Assembly: GCA_047602425.1 (NCBI GenBank)
Contig: JASGHG010000001.1
Location: 1,728,001 to 1,792,000 of the forward strand
Direction: 5' to 3'
Source of the DNA: Nibricoccus sp.
Lineage (GTDB): Bacteria; Verrucomicrobiota; Verrucomicrobiia; Opitutales; Opitutaceae
DNA length: 64,000 nucleotides
Shown: piece after piece, positions 38,429 to 47,639 of the stretch
How positions within the stretch are numbered: the first letter of the stretch is position 1
How the letters are laid out: every line of letters begins with the position of its first letter
The notes under the pieces: generated by a model
Seen by the model: only the letters and a program-made list of their open reading frames with translations
The model's database searches: none
What the model was told of the DNA's origin: nothing
Made by a program: the position numbers and the translations under genes

Positions 38429-39832
38429 ATGAATTTCGCTGAATTTCGTTTTTGGGGATATCTGCTGGCGGGGCTGGCAGTAGTACTCTTTTTGCGAATT
38501 CTCTGTCGGGGACTATCGGAAGCCAGACGGATCGCCTTCGATAAACTGGGGCTGCTCGGCCTGGGGTTGTTCCTGCTGTTGTGCATCAGCCGCGTCACCT
38601 TTGTCATTTTTCTCGTCGTCGCCATCGGCACGTTTGTCGGGTTGAAGTGGTTGCTTTCGCACGATCCGGCACGACACCGCCGTTATCTCTGGATCTTGAT
38701 TCCGCTTCAGCTTCTGCCGCTGCTTTATTACAAGTACGCCGGTTTCCTGACCAGCCAGGTGTGCGGGATCGACGTGCCGGGTCTGAAGGAGCTGGTGATT
38801 CCAGTCGGCATCTCGTTCTACACTTTTCAAAAAGTAGCCTTCGTCGTCGACACGCTCGTGTTCAAGGAACCGCTTCCGCGTTTTCTCGACTACATGAACT
38901 TTGCCGGATTTTTCCCGCAAATTGTCGCCGGCCCGATCGAGCGTCGGGACAATCTCCTGCCGCAAATGGAAACATTCCGGTTCCGCTGGTCGCCTCACGA
39001 TATCGACGTCGGCGCCGGCTGGATCGTGGTCGGTTTGTTTTTCAAACTCTGCCTGGCCGACAATCTCGCTGGCTTTTTCGACGGCGCGTCGCGCACCAAC
39101 GCCTATCTCATCTGGATGGCGAACCTGCTGTTCGGCCTGCGCATCTACTACGATTTTGCCGGTTACAGTTTGGTCGCGCTCGGGCTCGGCCGCTGCCTGG
39201 GCGTCAAATTGAGCCTCAATTTTCTCAGCCCTTATTGCTCGGCCAGCATCGGCGAATTCTGGCACCGCTGGCACGTCACCTTGTGCCAGTGGTTTCGCGA
39301 CTACCTGTACATTCCGCTGGGCGGCAGTCGCGTGGCCTGGTGGGCTTTCAACATCGCGCTCGTCTTCGTGGTTTCCGGCATCTGGCACGGCGCCGGATGG
39401 AATTTCATCATTTGGGGCGGCATTCACGGCGGCGCCTTGATCCTGAACCGGCTCCTTGGTTCAAAAATAAAACTTCCTCCGGCGCTCGGCTGGATTTTAA
39501 CGATGGCGACTAGTTTCGGCGCCTGGCTGGCGTTTTACGAAATACGAACCGACGCCTTGTTCGCCAAGATCAGGACGATCCTGACGCCCGCCGCCTATAA
39601 CACCGACGCCCTGCGCGAAGCCTTGCATCGCTGGAGCAGCGTCGACGGTTTTGTGATGACCTGCTTCCTCACGCTCAGTGGCGGCGTTCTGCTCGTGGAG
39701 TGGTTTAGCGTTCGAAAAAACCAGCAGCCTTATCGCCTGCTGTTCCACCCCGTCGCACTGATCCTGCTGCTTGTCCTCACCCTTATCCTGGCCCCAGGCA
39801 CAAACAATGGATTCATCTACTTTGCCTTTTGA
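38429..39832 (+). CDS. MBOAT family O-acyltransferase (AlgI/DltB-like)
   Basis: IPVGISFYTFQ, FFPQIVAGPIER, DFAGYS, FWHRWHVTL..WFRDYLYIPLGG, SGIWHGA, FIYFAF. Confidence 0.93.
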   Translation: MNFAEFRFWGYLLAGLAVVLFLRILCRGLSEARRIAFDKLGLLGLGLFLLLCISRVTFVIFLVVAIGTFVGLKWLLSHDPARHRRYLWILIPLQLLPLLYYKYAGFLTSQVCGIDVPGLKELVIPVGISFYTFQKVAFVVDTLVFKEPLPRFLDYMNFAGFFPQIVAGPIERRDNLLPQMETFRFRWSPHDIDVGAGWIVVGLFFKLCLADNLAGFFDGASRTNAYLIWMANLLFGLRIYYDFAGYSLVALGLGRCLGVKLSLNFLSPYCSASIGEFWHRWHVTLCQWFRDYLYIPLGGSRVAWWAFNIALVFVVSGIWHGAGWNFIIWGGIHGGALILNRLLGSKIKLPPALGWILTMATSFGAWLAFYEIRTDALFAKIRTILTPAAYNTDALREALHRWSSVDGFVMTCFLTLSGGVLLVEWFSVRKNQQPYRLLFHPVALILLLVLTLILAPGTNNGFIYFAF

Positions 39833-40808
39833 ACCGCCGAGGCCGGTGCGAGCCTCCACCTTGTTGCTCATCGCCTGCGCAACGTGGGCCGCGTGCATCT
39901 TCTACACGCTTTATCAAAACCCCGAGGTCGCGCATTACGCCGAGGGCGCGCGCCTCAAAACGGCTTGGGCAAAAACACTAACTGATCGCTATGGACACAA
40001 GACGGTCGTGTTCGGGGGATCCAGCTGCGAATTCTCGATCGACGGGGAGCGCCTGCTCGATCTCCACCAACTGCCCGTGACCAATTTCGGCGGACACGCC
40101 GGCATGGGCGCGCCCGTGCTCGCAGAAGCGGCCCTGGGCGCGGTGCGACCGGGCGACACCTTGATCGTCGCGATCGAGCAGAGCTTACTGACTGGTTCGG
40201 CAAACCAGACCTCGCTCGGTATTCAATTCAGTGCGGCCACGCACCATCCGGAATGGGTCAACCACCCCGCCTTGGGCGTGGGCGCGACGAACTGGATTCA
40301 AATTCTCGCCGCGCTGAGACCCGGCGGTTATCACACCGGGGTTCTACTCGGAAAACTGCTCCATGGACAGCCCGTGTTCAGTTACCCTCATAGCACGTAT
40401 CGCGGCGCGAGTGGTTGGTCCCAAAGCGTCATGCGACATCCCTTTCATGGCCCGGAATGGTTTCAGGGTGGTCTCTCACCCGGGGGATGCCAACTGCTGC
40501 AAAACTTAAAAGCGTGGTGCGATGCCCACCAAGTCCGCATCGCCTATGCCCTGCCCTGGTGCTACTCCTCGGAGCAGGATGCGCCCCGCTTTCGCCGAGA
40601 CAATCAACGCCTCTTGATTCAAATCGCCGCAATCATGCCCGTCCTCAAGGACCCCAAACTCGGAGCGTATACCGAACGCGAACACTTCGCCGACACCGCC
40701 TATCATCTCAACGAAGCAGGCGTCGCCGCACGCTGCGCCGAACTAGCCCGTGGCCTGAAAGCATGGGAGGTCTGGTCGCCCGCGGAATTGGAAAGTTGGA
40801 ATCCATAG
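39807..40808 (+). CDS. Membrane-anchored SGNH-like partner of MBOAT (DltD/AlgJ-like)
   Basis: Overlaps MBOAT 3' end; N-terminal TM; FGGSS and FADTAYHLN (DxxxH). Confidence 0.65.
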   Translation: MDSSTLPFEPPRPVRASTLLLIACATWAACIFYTLYQNPEVAHYAEGARLKTAWAKTLTDRYGHKTVVFGGSSCEFSIDGERLLDLHQLPVTNFGGHAGMGAPVLAEAALGAVRPGDTLIVAIEQSLLTGSANQTSLGIQFSAATHHPEWVNHPALGVGATNWIQILAALRPGGYHTGVLLGKLLHGQPVFSYPHSTYRGASGWSQSVMRHPFHGPEWFQGGLSPGGCQLLQNLKAWCDAHQVRIAYALPWCYSSEQDAPRFRRDNQRLLIQIAAIMPVLKDPKLGAYTEREHFADTAYHLNEAGVAARCAELARGLKAWEVWSPAELESWNP

Positions 40809-40879
40809 ATCCGAGCTGAATCCGCTCCTGCCACACTCGGCTGCAGAACAACCAATTTCCCATGTGTTAGCTACGCGCT

Positions 40880-41682
40880 TTAGGTTCCGGCAGCGCGATA
40901 GGATCTGCCGCACTTAGGACCGGATGATCTTAACATGCTGCAAGATCCAATCCGCTGTACGCTGCATCTCCGGTTCGAGAACGGTCTTATCTTTATCAGC
41001 GCCCTCGAAACGACGCTCCAATTCGATTTGCTCATATATTTGTGCACCTTGCCCGCCTCGCTGTGATATCCTCCCTCTTTCAATTGGAGGTAGTAAGTGC
41101 AGATTCCCAGATATGGCAGGGTGTGCGGGCTGATGGTGACGTTGTCACCGTTATCGCCAAAAATCAGCCTCATGGAGCCGAGGGCACGTTTCAGGCCGCT
41201 GGCGGAAAGATCGTTGTGTCCAGCGGTGTTCGGCACGAGGTCGAATGGGTTGATGCGCTCAAGGCCGATTTTAATTCCGACTTTTTCTAGATAGGGCCTG
41301 GTTGAGGCAACCACGGAGCTTCCGGCATGAAACGCCACCGTGTGCCGGTCGAGCTTGCTGCCTGGATGATTCTTCAAGTGGCAGCGCACGGCGGCTTTGA
41401 AATAATCGCGCCCTGGCTGTGCACCACCCAATCGGTTTCTTGACGGCTCATTTGTTGCTCCCAGAGCAGGTCGGCCAGATGTCGCACCTGGCAGCTGGCC
41501 ATGAACGGGAGCGGAGCAATCTTGTCCCAAATGCATTCTGCCTGATCAGACAGAGTGATGCCCTCTGCAGGATTATGAAACAATATGTATTCCTGCACAT
41601 CAGCCTCGGGATAGGCCACATCCACGTGCGCTCCCATCAACCACGTTGTCTCAAGGGACCGAAACCCGAAAACAGTCCCCAT
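40880..41682 (-). pseudogene. Frameshifted alpha/beta-hydrolase-like gene (HSQG motif), probably 5'-truncated
   Basis: WVVHSQGAII joins FKAAVRCH...NPFDLVPN...SPHTLPY if one T is restored in the T-run at 41400-41402. Confidence 0.6.
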
Positions 41683-41690
41683 CGACTATA

Positions 41691-41923
41691 GCGCACCGAC
41701 GCGGGGAGGCTGCGCGGAAGCCCCGGCAGGTCGCGCGAAAGCCCCGGAAGCTCACGCGGGCAAAGCGGCAGGTCGCGCGGAGACGCCGGTAAAGCGCGCG
41801 AACCGGGCGGCAGTAAGCGCGAAAAGCACAGCGGGTCGTGCGGATCGTCCGGGCAGACCGCGCGGGCGGCCCGGCAACTCACGCGAACATGCCGGCACAT
41901 CGCGCGACAACCCGCGACAGTTC
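41691..41923. repeat. Degenerate 21-nt tandem array, about 11 units
   Basis: Units start at 41691, 41712, 41733, 41754, 41775, 41796, 41817, 41838, 41860, 41881, 41902; consensus RCGCGRNNNNNSCGGCANNTC. Confidence 0.85.
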
Positions 41924-42268
41924 CCCGCGTCGGCCGTCACCCAGCGCGGACTCCCGCACCGCCTTCGCGCCAGACCCAGCACACCGCGAAATGGGCAGCG
42001 ATCCCATCCCGCGAACCACGTCCCACCGCGCCGAAGTCTCTGTTCGCGGCGCTACGACCCTTGCACCGCACGCAAATCGTCCAGCCGCACTCGAACCGCG
42101 TGCCTCCGCCAGTCCGGCTCCCATGGAGCCACATGCAAACGAACCGCATGTTAGATGCAAACCATGGACAACAACCGCACGCCATCGTTAAAAACTTTGT
42201 AATCTTTACGATGCGCCTTTTTTTCGCGTTGCCGAACTATTTTATACACCTCCATCACAAGCGGCGTT

Positions 42269-42970
42269 ATGAGACGCTTATATCAAAATCGCCTCGCAAT
42301 GGTGGGAGCCACCGTTGCCGTGCTAAACGAAAACAAGAACGTCTGGGAAAATACACCCGCGTTCGCCAAAGCCGTGACGGAGGTGCTCGCCAAGATGCAA
42401 GCCTTCCAGACCGAATCGGGCAAACAACAGACGCCCATCACTGGAGCCGCCGCTTCCAAGGCGCAGGCTCGCGATGGCTTGGAGGATGCAGCCCTCGAAA
42501 TCGCCGACCAGCTCTCCGCCCTCGCGGAAGAACGCGCCGACGCGAAACTCGCCGCCCAAGTCGAGATCACCCGCTCCGCCCTCGACAAACTCAGCGACGA
42601 TGAACTCGAAGCAACCGCCAAACGCGTGGCGACACTCGCCACCCAGAACCTCGGGCCATTGGCCGATTATATGGTCACCCAAAACGAGATCACTGAACTG
42701 GAGCAGATGGCCGGGGAGTTCTCCAAGCTCAAGACGGCCCCGCGCGTCGCCATTGTCGAACGTTCCAGCTCCACGAACGCCCTGCCCTAGCTGTCGAACG
42801 AGGCGAGTCGCATCCTGCGTGGCCGGATCGACAAAATGGTCTCGAAGTTCCGCAACACGCATCTGGAGTTCGTCGCGAAGTACCGCTCCGCTCGCGTGAT
42901 CGTCGACCGCGTCAGCACCACAACCAAATCAAAAGCGCCAAGTACGCCGGCACCGGCAGCAGCAAAGTAA
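42269..42970 (+). pseudogene. All-helical hypothetical protein (233 codons) with one in-frame TAG at 42788-42790
   Basis: Frame continues past TAG as LSNEASRILRGRIDKMVSKFRNTHLEFVAKYRSARVIVD... to TAA at 42970, directly before a terminator. Confidence 0.8.
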
Positions 42971-42983
42971 CCCCCCTCAAGCC

Positions 42984-43016
42984 ACAAGCCGGAGCCAGTG
43001 AGCTCCGGCTTGTTTT
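42984..43016 (+). terminator. Intrinsic terminator
   Basis: acaagccggagc/gctccggcttgt 12-bp stem plus T-run. Confidence 0.8.
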
Positions 43017-43047
43017 GCCTGTTCGACACGCTCACGGAGGAATCACG

Positions 43048-44262
43048 ATGGCGGAAGACAACATTAAATCGCACGAATCCACTGGTTCGGCCGGAAACCA
43101 AACGCCTGATTCGCTATCTTCAATGGCACTCCCCGCCCGCGATCAGCTCTTCGGGGAATTGGAGAAAATTGACCTGAGCGAGGCATTCAAGGCTCTCGGC
43201 ATTGCGGCCACGGCCGATGGGATGCCGGCCCTGTCGTTTCCCGCGACCTTGGGTGAAAACGAATTATTGAACAACGCCTTGCTTGGCGAAACCCTACCCG
43301 CTGAAATCGCCAACGTCAGCCCCACAGAAGACGATCCCATGGGATTATTCGACAAACACAGAATCTGCCTCTGCTCAGCGGTGACCGGAATCGTCACCAA
43401 AAACGGCAAGCCCGTACAGGGCGCCGAAATCGTGCGTCGCCTCGACCTGATTCACCACCAAAACCAGGTTCATATCGACAAGGCAGTGACTAATGCCAAC
43501 GGACGCTTTTCCTTCAAACCCGCCTACGCCCGGAAATGGAAATACGTTTTATGGGAAGTGGTGACCGACCAAAAGCTCCTCATCCGGCACGAAGGAAAAC
43601 TCTATCTTGGCTGGACCAACGTCAGCCATGGCAGAGACCTAAACGAAGAGTACTGCACCTCCATTTTCCCTCCCAACTATATAAAACTGGATTTCAATGG
43701 AGACCTCTCGCATGCCACACCCCTGCCCGGCGATGTCGACCTGAACAGGAACATGACGGGCCAGGGCTTCTTCAATTCCGAACCTGTCTGCGTGTGCAGC
43801 TATTTAAAAATTCTCGTCACACTCAATGGCGAGCCAACCCAAGGAGTTAAAGTCGTTCGGACCGCCGAACATGTCGGCTACGACAATTACGAACAAAAGG
43901 GCATAACCGACGGCGACGGCGAAGTGAACCTCGACGCTCTCCATGCCCCGCTACTCATCCACAAAAATGCAAAGACCGAGATCCGGCAGAAAGTGATTTT
44001 GATTCACGAGGGAAAAGAATATCTCGGCTGGGAGAAGACCAAGACGAATCCCTGGGCATGGGGGGAATATAATTTGGATAGCGCCCGATGGGGTCTAAAT
44101 ACCGAGGTTACTGCCGAACTAACCGATGACCCCCAAGCAATCCGCACCATAGAGACAGACCCCGAACGCTGCGGAAAAGATGACCTTCTACCTGCCGGTA
44201 CCATTACGTACCAAGGGCTTTTTAAGATTACGCGCTACAACCCAGGCTACGAAAAAGAATGA
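43048..44262 (+). CDS. Protein with two tandem DUF6795-like beta-sandwich domains
   Basis: GGAGG RBS before ATG 43048; two internal repeats C.CS...VT.NG.P.QG..(I/V)VR...T...G...Q(K)..I.HEGK.YLGW. Confidence 0.7.
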   Translation: MAEDNIKSHESTGSAGNQTPDSLSSMALPARDQLFGELEKIDLSEAFKALGIAATADGMPALSFPATLGENELLNNALLGETLPAEIANVSPTEDDPMGLFDKHRICLCSAVTGIVTKNGKPVQGAEIVRRLDLIHHQNQVHIDKAVTNANGRFSFKPAYARKWKYVLWEVVTDQKLLIRHEGKLYLGWTNVSHGRDLNEEYCTSIFPPNYIKLDFNGDLSHATPLPGDVDLNRNMTGQGFFNSEPVCVCSYLKILVTLNGEPTQGVKVVRTAEHVGYDNYEQKGITDGDGEVNLDALHAPLLIHKNAKTEIRQKVILIHEGKEYLGWEKTKTNPWAWGEYNLDSARWGLNTEVTAELTDDPQAIRTIETDPERCGKDDLLPAGTITYQGLFKITRYNPGYEKE

Positions 44263-45416
44263 AACTTAAAACACTGACTCCTCAGCATGCAGTCCAAGTC
44301 GCTGTAGCCATCTACGACAATCGACTTTCCGATAACGTCAGCGCCGCTTTCGAAAAAACCGCAGTCGACGAACATTTTGATTTCTCCAACCAACCACCAT
44401 CTAGCCTTGGTGCAGCCCAGCGTTTCACCGCTCGAACGGGTGCGTTCGAATTTAAATCGAAAACCGGCTTCGCCGTCATGGCGATGGGCAAGAAAGGCAA
44501 GGACCACGAAGGTGAAGCTCTTCTCGCGTGCCGAGGCACAGTCAGCGGCTACGACTGGCTTTCGGATGGCAACTATGCGATGACACTCGGTGCTTCAGGA
44601 ACTCGCGTGCACTCCGGTTTCAACCGTGCGTTCAATGACATGAAAGCCGGCTTCGCTTCATTCCTGACGCGCAACGGACCAACGCGCATTCATTGCATCG
44701 GTCATAGCCTGGGCGGTGCGCTGGCCACACTGGCAGCCGATTGGTTGGCGACAATGGGCTACAAGGTAGTGCTCTATACCTTCGGATCGCCCCGCGTTGG
44801 CACTGAAGATTTTGCTCAAAATCTCACCCAGCGGCTCGGGCAAAAAGGAATTCATCGTGTGTGCCACAGCGGCGATCCCGTAACGATGGTACCCGTGTGG
44901 CCCTACATGCATGCGCCGAGACCCGACGGCGAATGCTGGATCAGCCGCTCCGCCGGTTTGTCGATGTCAGCGCACTTCAAAGCAAATTATGCGCAGAGCG
45001 TTGCACAGGGTCCAAATTGGTCGGACCTCCGTTTTCCAACGCCCACCATGGCGCTCGAATATGGGGTGCGTCTGGCCTCGCCGGAATCGCTCCTGCAAAT
45101 GCTCACGGTTTCTCCGCTGATCGTATTTGGCGCGGTCGTGCGCATGATCTGCAAGCCACTCGCTATTGTTCTCATGCCAGGTGTGTCAGTCCTCGATCAG
45201 ATGTCGCTGTGGGTGGAGAAAGCCTGCTCAATCTCCATTGAAAGCGATAACCTGGCACGCACTCTTCTGAATGCGCTCATCAAATTCCTCGGCCTGACTA
45301 TCACCGTGCCTCAACAAATTCTTCACGATACCATCCGGTTGGTTTGGGGCTATTTCCTCTCCACGTATTACAAACTTGCAGGGCAGGCAGCGGCCGCCGC
45401 CGATTCGCAAGCATAA
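44259..45416 (+). CDS. Class 3 lipase / phospholipase
   Basis: CRGT, DWLSD, VHSGF, IGHSLGGALA, YTFGSPRVG, GDPVTMVP; ATGA overlap with upstream gene. Confidence 0.9.
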   Translation: MKLKTLTPQHAVQVAVAIYDNRLSDNVSAAFEKTAVDEHFDFSNQPPSSLGAAQRFTARTGAFEFKSKTGFAVMAMGKKGKDHEGEALLACRGTVSGYDWLSDGNYAMTLGASGTRVHSGFNRAFNDMKAGFASFLTRNGPTRIHCIGHSLGGALATLAADWLATMGYKVVLYTFGSPRVGTEDFAQNLTQRLGQKGIHRVCHSGDPVTMVPVWPYMHAPRPDGECWISRSAGLSMSAHFKANYAQSVAQGPNWSDLRFPTPTMALEYGVRLASPESLLQMLTVSPLIVFGAVVRMICKPLAIVLMPGVSVLDQMSLWVEKACSISIESDNLARTLLNALIKFLGLTITVPQQILHDTIRLVWGYFLSTYYKLAGQAAAAADSQA

Positions 45417-45559
45417 GCCGCGTCATCCTTCGCGGTTTCTCGCGCAGCGAGTCGAGTGCCATCAACACCACCCCGGCAGCGATCGAATGGTGCAGCGTAT
45501 TGGAAGATATGTTGGGCGTGATGATTGGTTTTAGAAGGATTCGATCTCGGCCGCGCCAT

Positions 45560-46414
45560 TTACTTGCTTCGACACACCCGAAATCCTTGATCCGGTCCCC
45601 GGCTGTTCGCGTCAAAGCTGCCTCGAAAGGATGAGGCGCAGCAGAAATCGCCGCCGAGCCAGCCGCCGCCTTTCCAGACGCGGGCCGCGCCGTGCTCAGG
45701 CCCTTTTGGGTCGGCTCCATGACCGACAACTTCGCCGAACCAGTCACAACACCACTCGCGGACATTGCCCGACAGGTCGCAAAGCCCCAGTTCGTTCGGC
45801 GCTTTGCCACCGACGGCGTGGGTCTTGTTGTTGTTCCGTTCCACCAGGGGCCAGTTCCACGCGCCCTCCAGCCGGGTATCGCCGGCGTTTTGCCAGAACC
45901 AACCGACCTTATCCAGTTCGTCGCTCCCACTGTAGATAAAATTCCTGCTCAGCCGACCGCCACCGGCGGCAAATTCCCATTCGGCTTCGGTCGGAAGACG
46001 ATAGCCATTGGTTCCCACATTGATTGTCACGGTCCACTTGACATCGTCGTTGGCGCTTTCGTTGTTCGGATCTTTCGCGTCGCGATTTATTGTATAGTAC
46101 GGCTTCAATCCCTCCTGAAGGCTTCGCTTGTTGCAGTATTCGATGCAGTCGTACCAGCTGACCATTTCGACCGGGAGATCGTCGCCTTTGAATTGCGACG
46201 GATTGTCTCCCATCACAGCGAGCCATTCTTTCTGGGTGACTTCGTATTTCCCGAGGTAAAACGAGGCCACGGTTACATTCTTGCCGTGGTAGCCGGCCTT
46301 GGTGTTGAGAAAAGTCCCTCCTTGAACAAGCACGAAGCGATCGGAAACCGTCTGTGACCACGCGGGAACTAAAACCAACGTCAACACGTACAAAATAAGG
46401 AAATAATTTCTCAT
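45560..46414 (-). CDS. Secreted formylglycine-generating-enzyme-like (SUMF1/FGE-sulfatase domain) protein
   Basis: KYEVTQ, LPVEMVSW, YRLPTEAEWEFAA, PNELGLCDLSGNVREWC, GFRV. Confidence 0.88.
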   Translation of the reverse strand: MRNYFLILYVLTLVLVPAWSQTVSDRFVLVQGGTFLNTKAGYHGKNVTVASFYLGKYEVTQKEWLAVMGDNPSQFKGDDLPVEMVSWYDCIEYCNKRSLQEGLKPYYTINRDAKDPNNESANDDVKWTVTINVGTNGYRLPTEAEWEFAAGGGRLSRNFIYSGSDELDKVGWFWQNAGDTRLEGAWNWPLVERNNNKTHAVGGKAPNELGLCDLSGNVREWCCDWFGEVVGHGADPKGPEHGAARVWKGGGWLGGDFCCASSFRGSFDANSRGPDQGFRVCRSK

Positions 46415-46563
46415 CAATTGGATCTATTAAATTGGTTCAGGGATGCGCGACAGGCCACGCTCCGCGAAGGGAACGCGGCCAGGGCTTTACCGATATGAGT
46501 TACTAAAAACCCTCCACGAGCGCCGGGCCAAAAGCGACCCACGGCGCCCGCGGAGCGTGACGC

Positions 46564-47253
46564 TTACCACACCGTGAGGTTGGACTGCCCGCTGCTTTTG
46601 AAGCCTTCGGTCGCCATGATCTGGTAGTTGTGCGTGCCGAGATTCCAGCCTTTGCTCTTCCACGCGTTGACGTGATTGACGAAGGTGATGGCGACATTGC
46701 TGCCCGTCGCTCGCTTGGACGTCCGGACGCTCCAGTACTGATAGAAGGTTTGCGTGCCTTGAATGGACGGCGCGTTGACACGTTGCATCCGGTACAGGTC
46801 GTAGGTGCCGCCGTTGCTGCTCACGGTACCCGCGGAAGTGCCGCCCGGCGGTCTCCAACTGCCCCAGCTGTCGACGACGTAATATTCAATCAAGGGACTG
46901 GTTGTCCAACCGTAGAGCGTCAGGTAGGCGTTGCCGGAGGGCGCCCAGACGCCGCAGTTATAGTTGACCGTTCTGGATGACGAACCGGTTTTCCAGCCTT
47001 TGCCGCCGACGAAGTTGTAGGAGCTGCCGAGGTTCCAATTGACACTATAATTGCCGCCCGAGCCCAGCGTCATGGAGACGGTTCCACCATCCTTCCAATA
47101 GGAATAGTAGTAACCGTTGTTGGTGCCCGTTTGGTTACTGGTGATGGTTTGGGCTTTGAGGCCGGCGGCGGAGGCAACGATCAAGCCGGCAAGGACGAGG
47201 CCTTGCGGGCGCACGCGCCGAAGCGCGGAGGTCATGAACGCGATTTGTTTCAT
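46564..47253 (-). CDS. xynA: Endo-1,4-beta-xylanase, GH11
   Basis: Signal peptide; [48 protein letters not shown]. Confidence 0.96.
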   Translation of the reverse strand: MKQIAFMTSALRRVRPQGLVLAGLIVASAAGLKAQTITSNQTGTNNGYYYSYWKDGGTVSMTLGSGGNYSVNWNLGSSYNFVGGKGWKTGSSSRTVNYNCGVWAPSGNAYLTLYGWTTSPLIEYYVVDSWGSWRPPGGTSAGTVSSNGGTYDLYRMQRVNAPSIQGTQTFYQYWSVRTSKRATGSNVAITFVNHVNAWKSKGWNLGTHNYQIMATEGFKSSGQSNLTVW

Positions 47254-47639
47254 TGGGGTATTTTTTTGTGGATGGCAGCATCCGTCCACGATGCTCCTCA
47301 GCTTGGGGTAAGCTAGGGGAAGGGGCATTGGGGTTGGATGCCGGGCCTGAAACAGGCCAGTTGCTCGAATGGCGCGCCGTTCGATTCGCTTCAAAATTTT
47401 CGCCGCTCTAACTGTAGCACCGACCACGTCCGGTCCGCTTCGCACCGAATCCGCGCCAGCCGTGAAACGCGGCTGTTTTCCAGTGTCCGAAAAACCCCAG
47501 TCTTCCCGGTCCGACCCTCGCCGACTCCGCAGGTCTCTCGCTCCCCGCAACGACGCGTCTGCTGAATTTGCGTCAAAAGTCCGGTCGTCGTCGCTCCGCG
47601 ATTGCCATTCACGCGGGCGTTGTTTTGGTCGGTGACGTC

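Noticed and set aside
41691..41923. CRISPR or TIGR array interpretation of the 21-nt array
   Set aside because: Units are too short, repeats are not identical, variable parts are only 5-6 nt, and no cas or recognisable Nop-domain gene is nearby.
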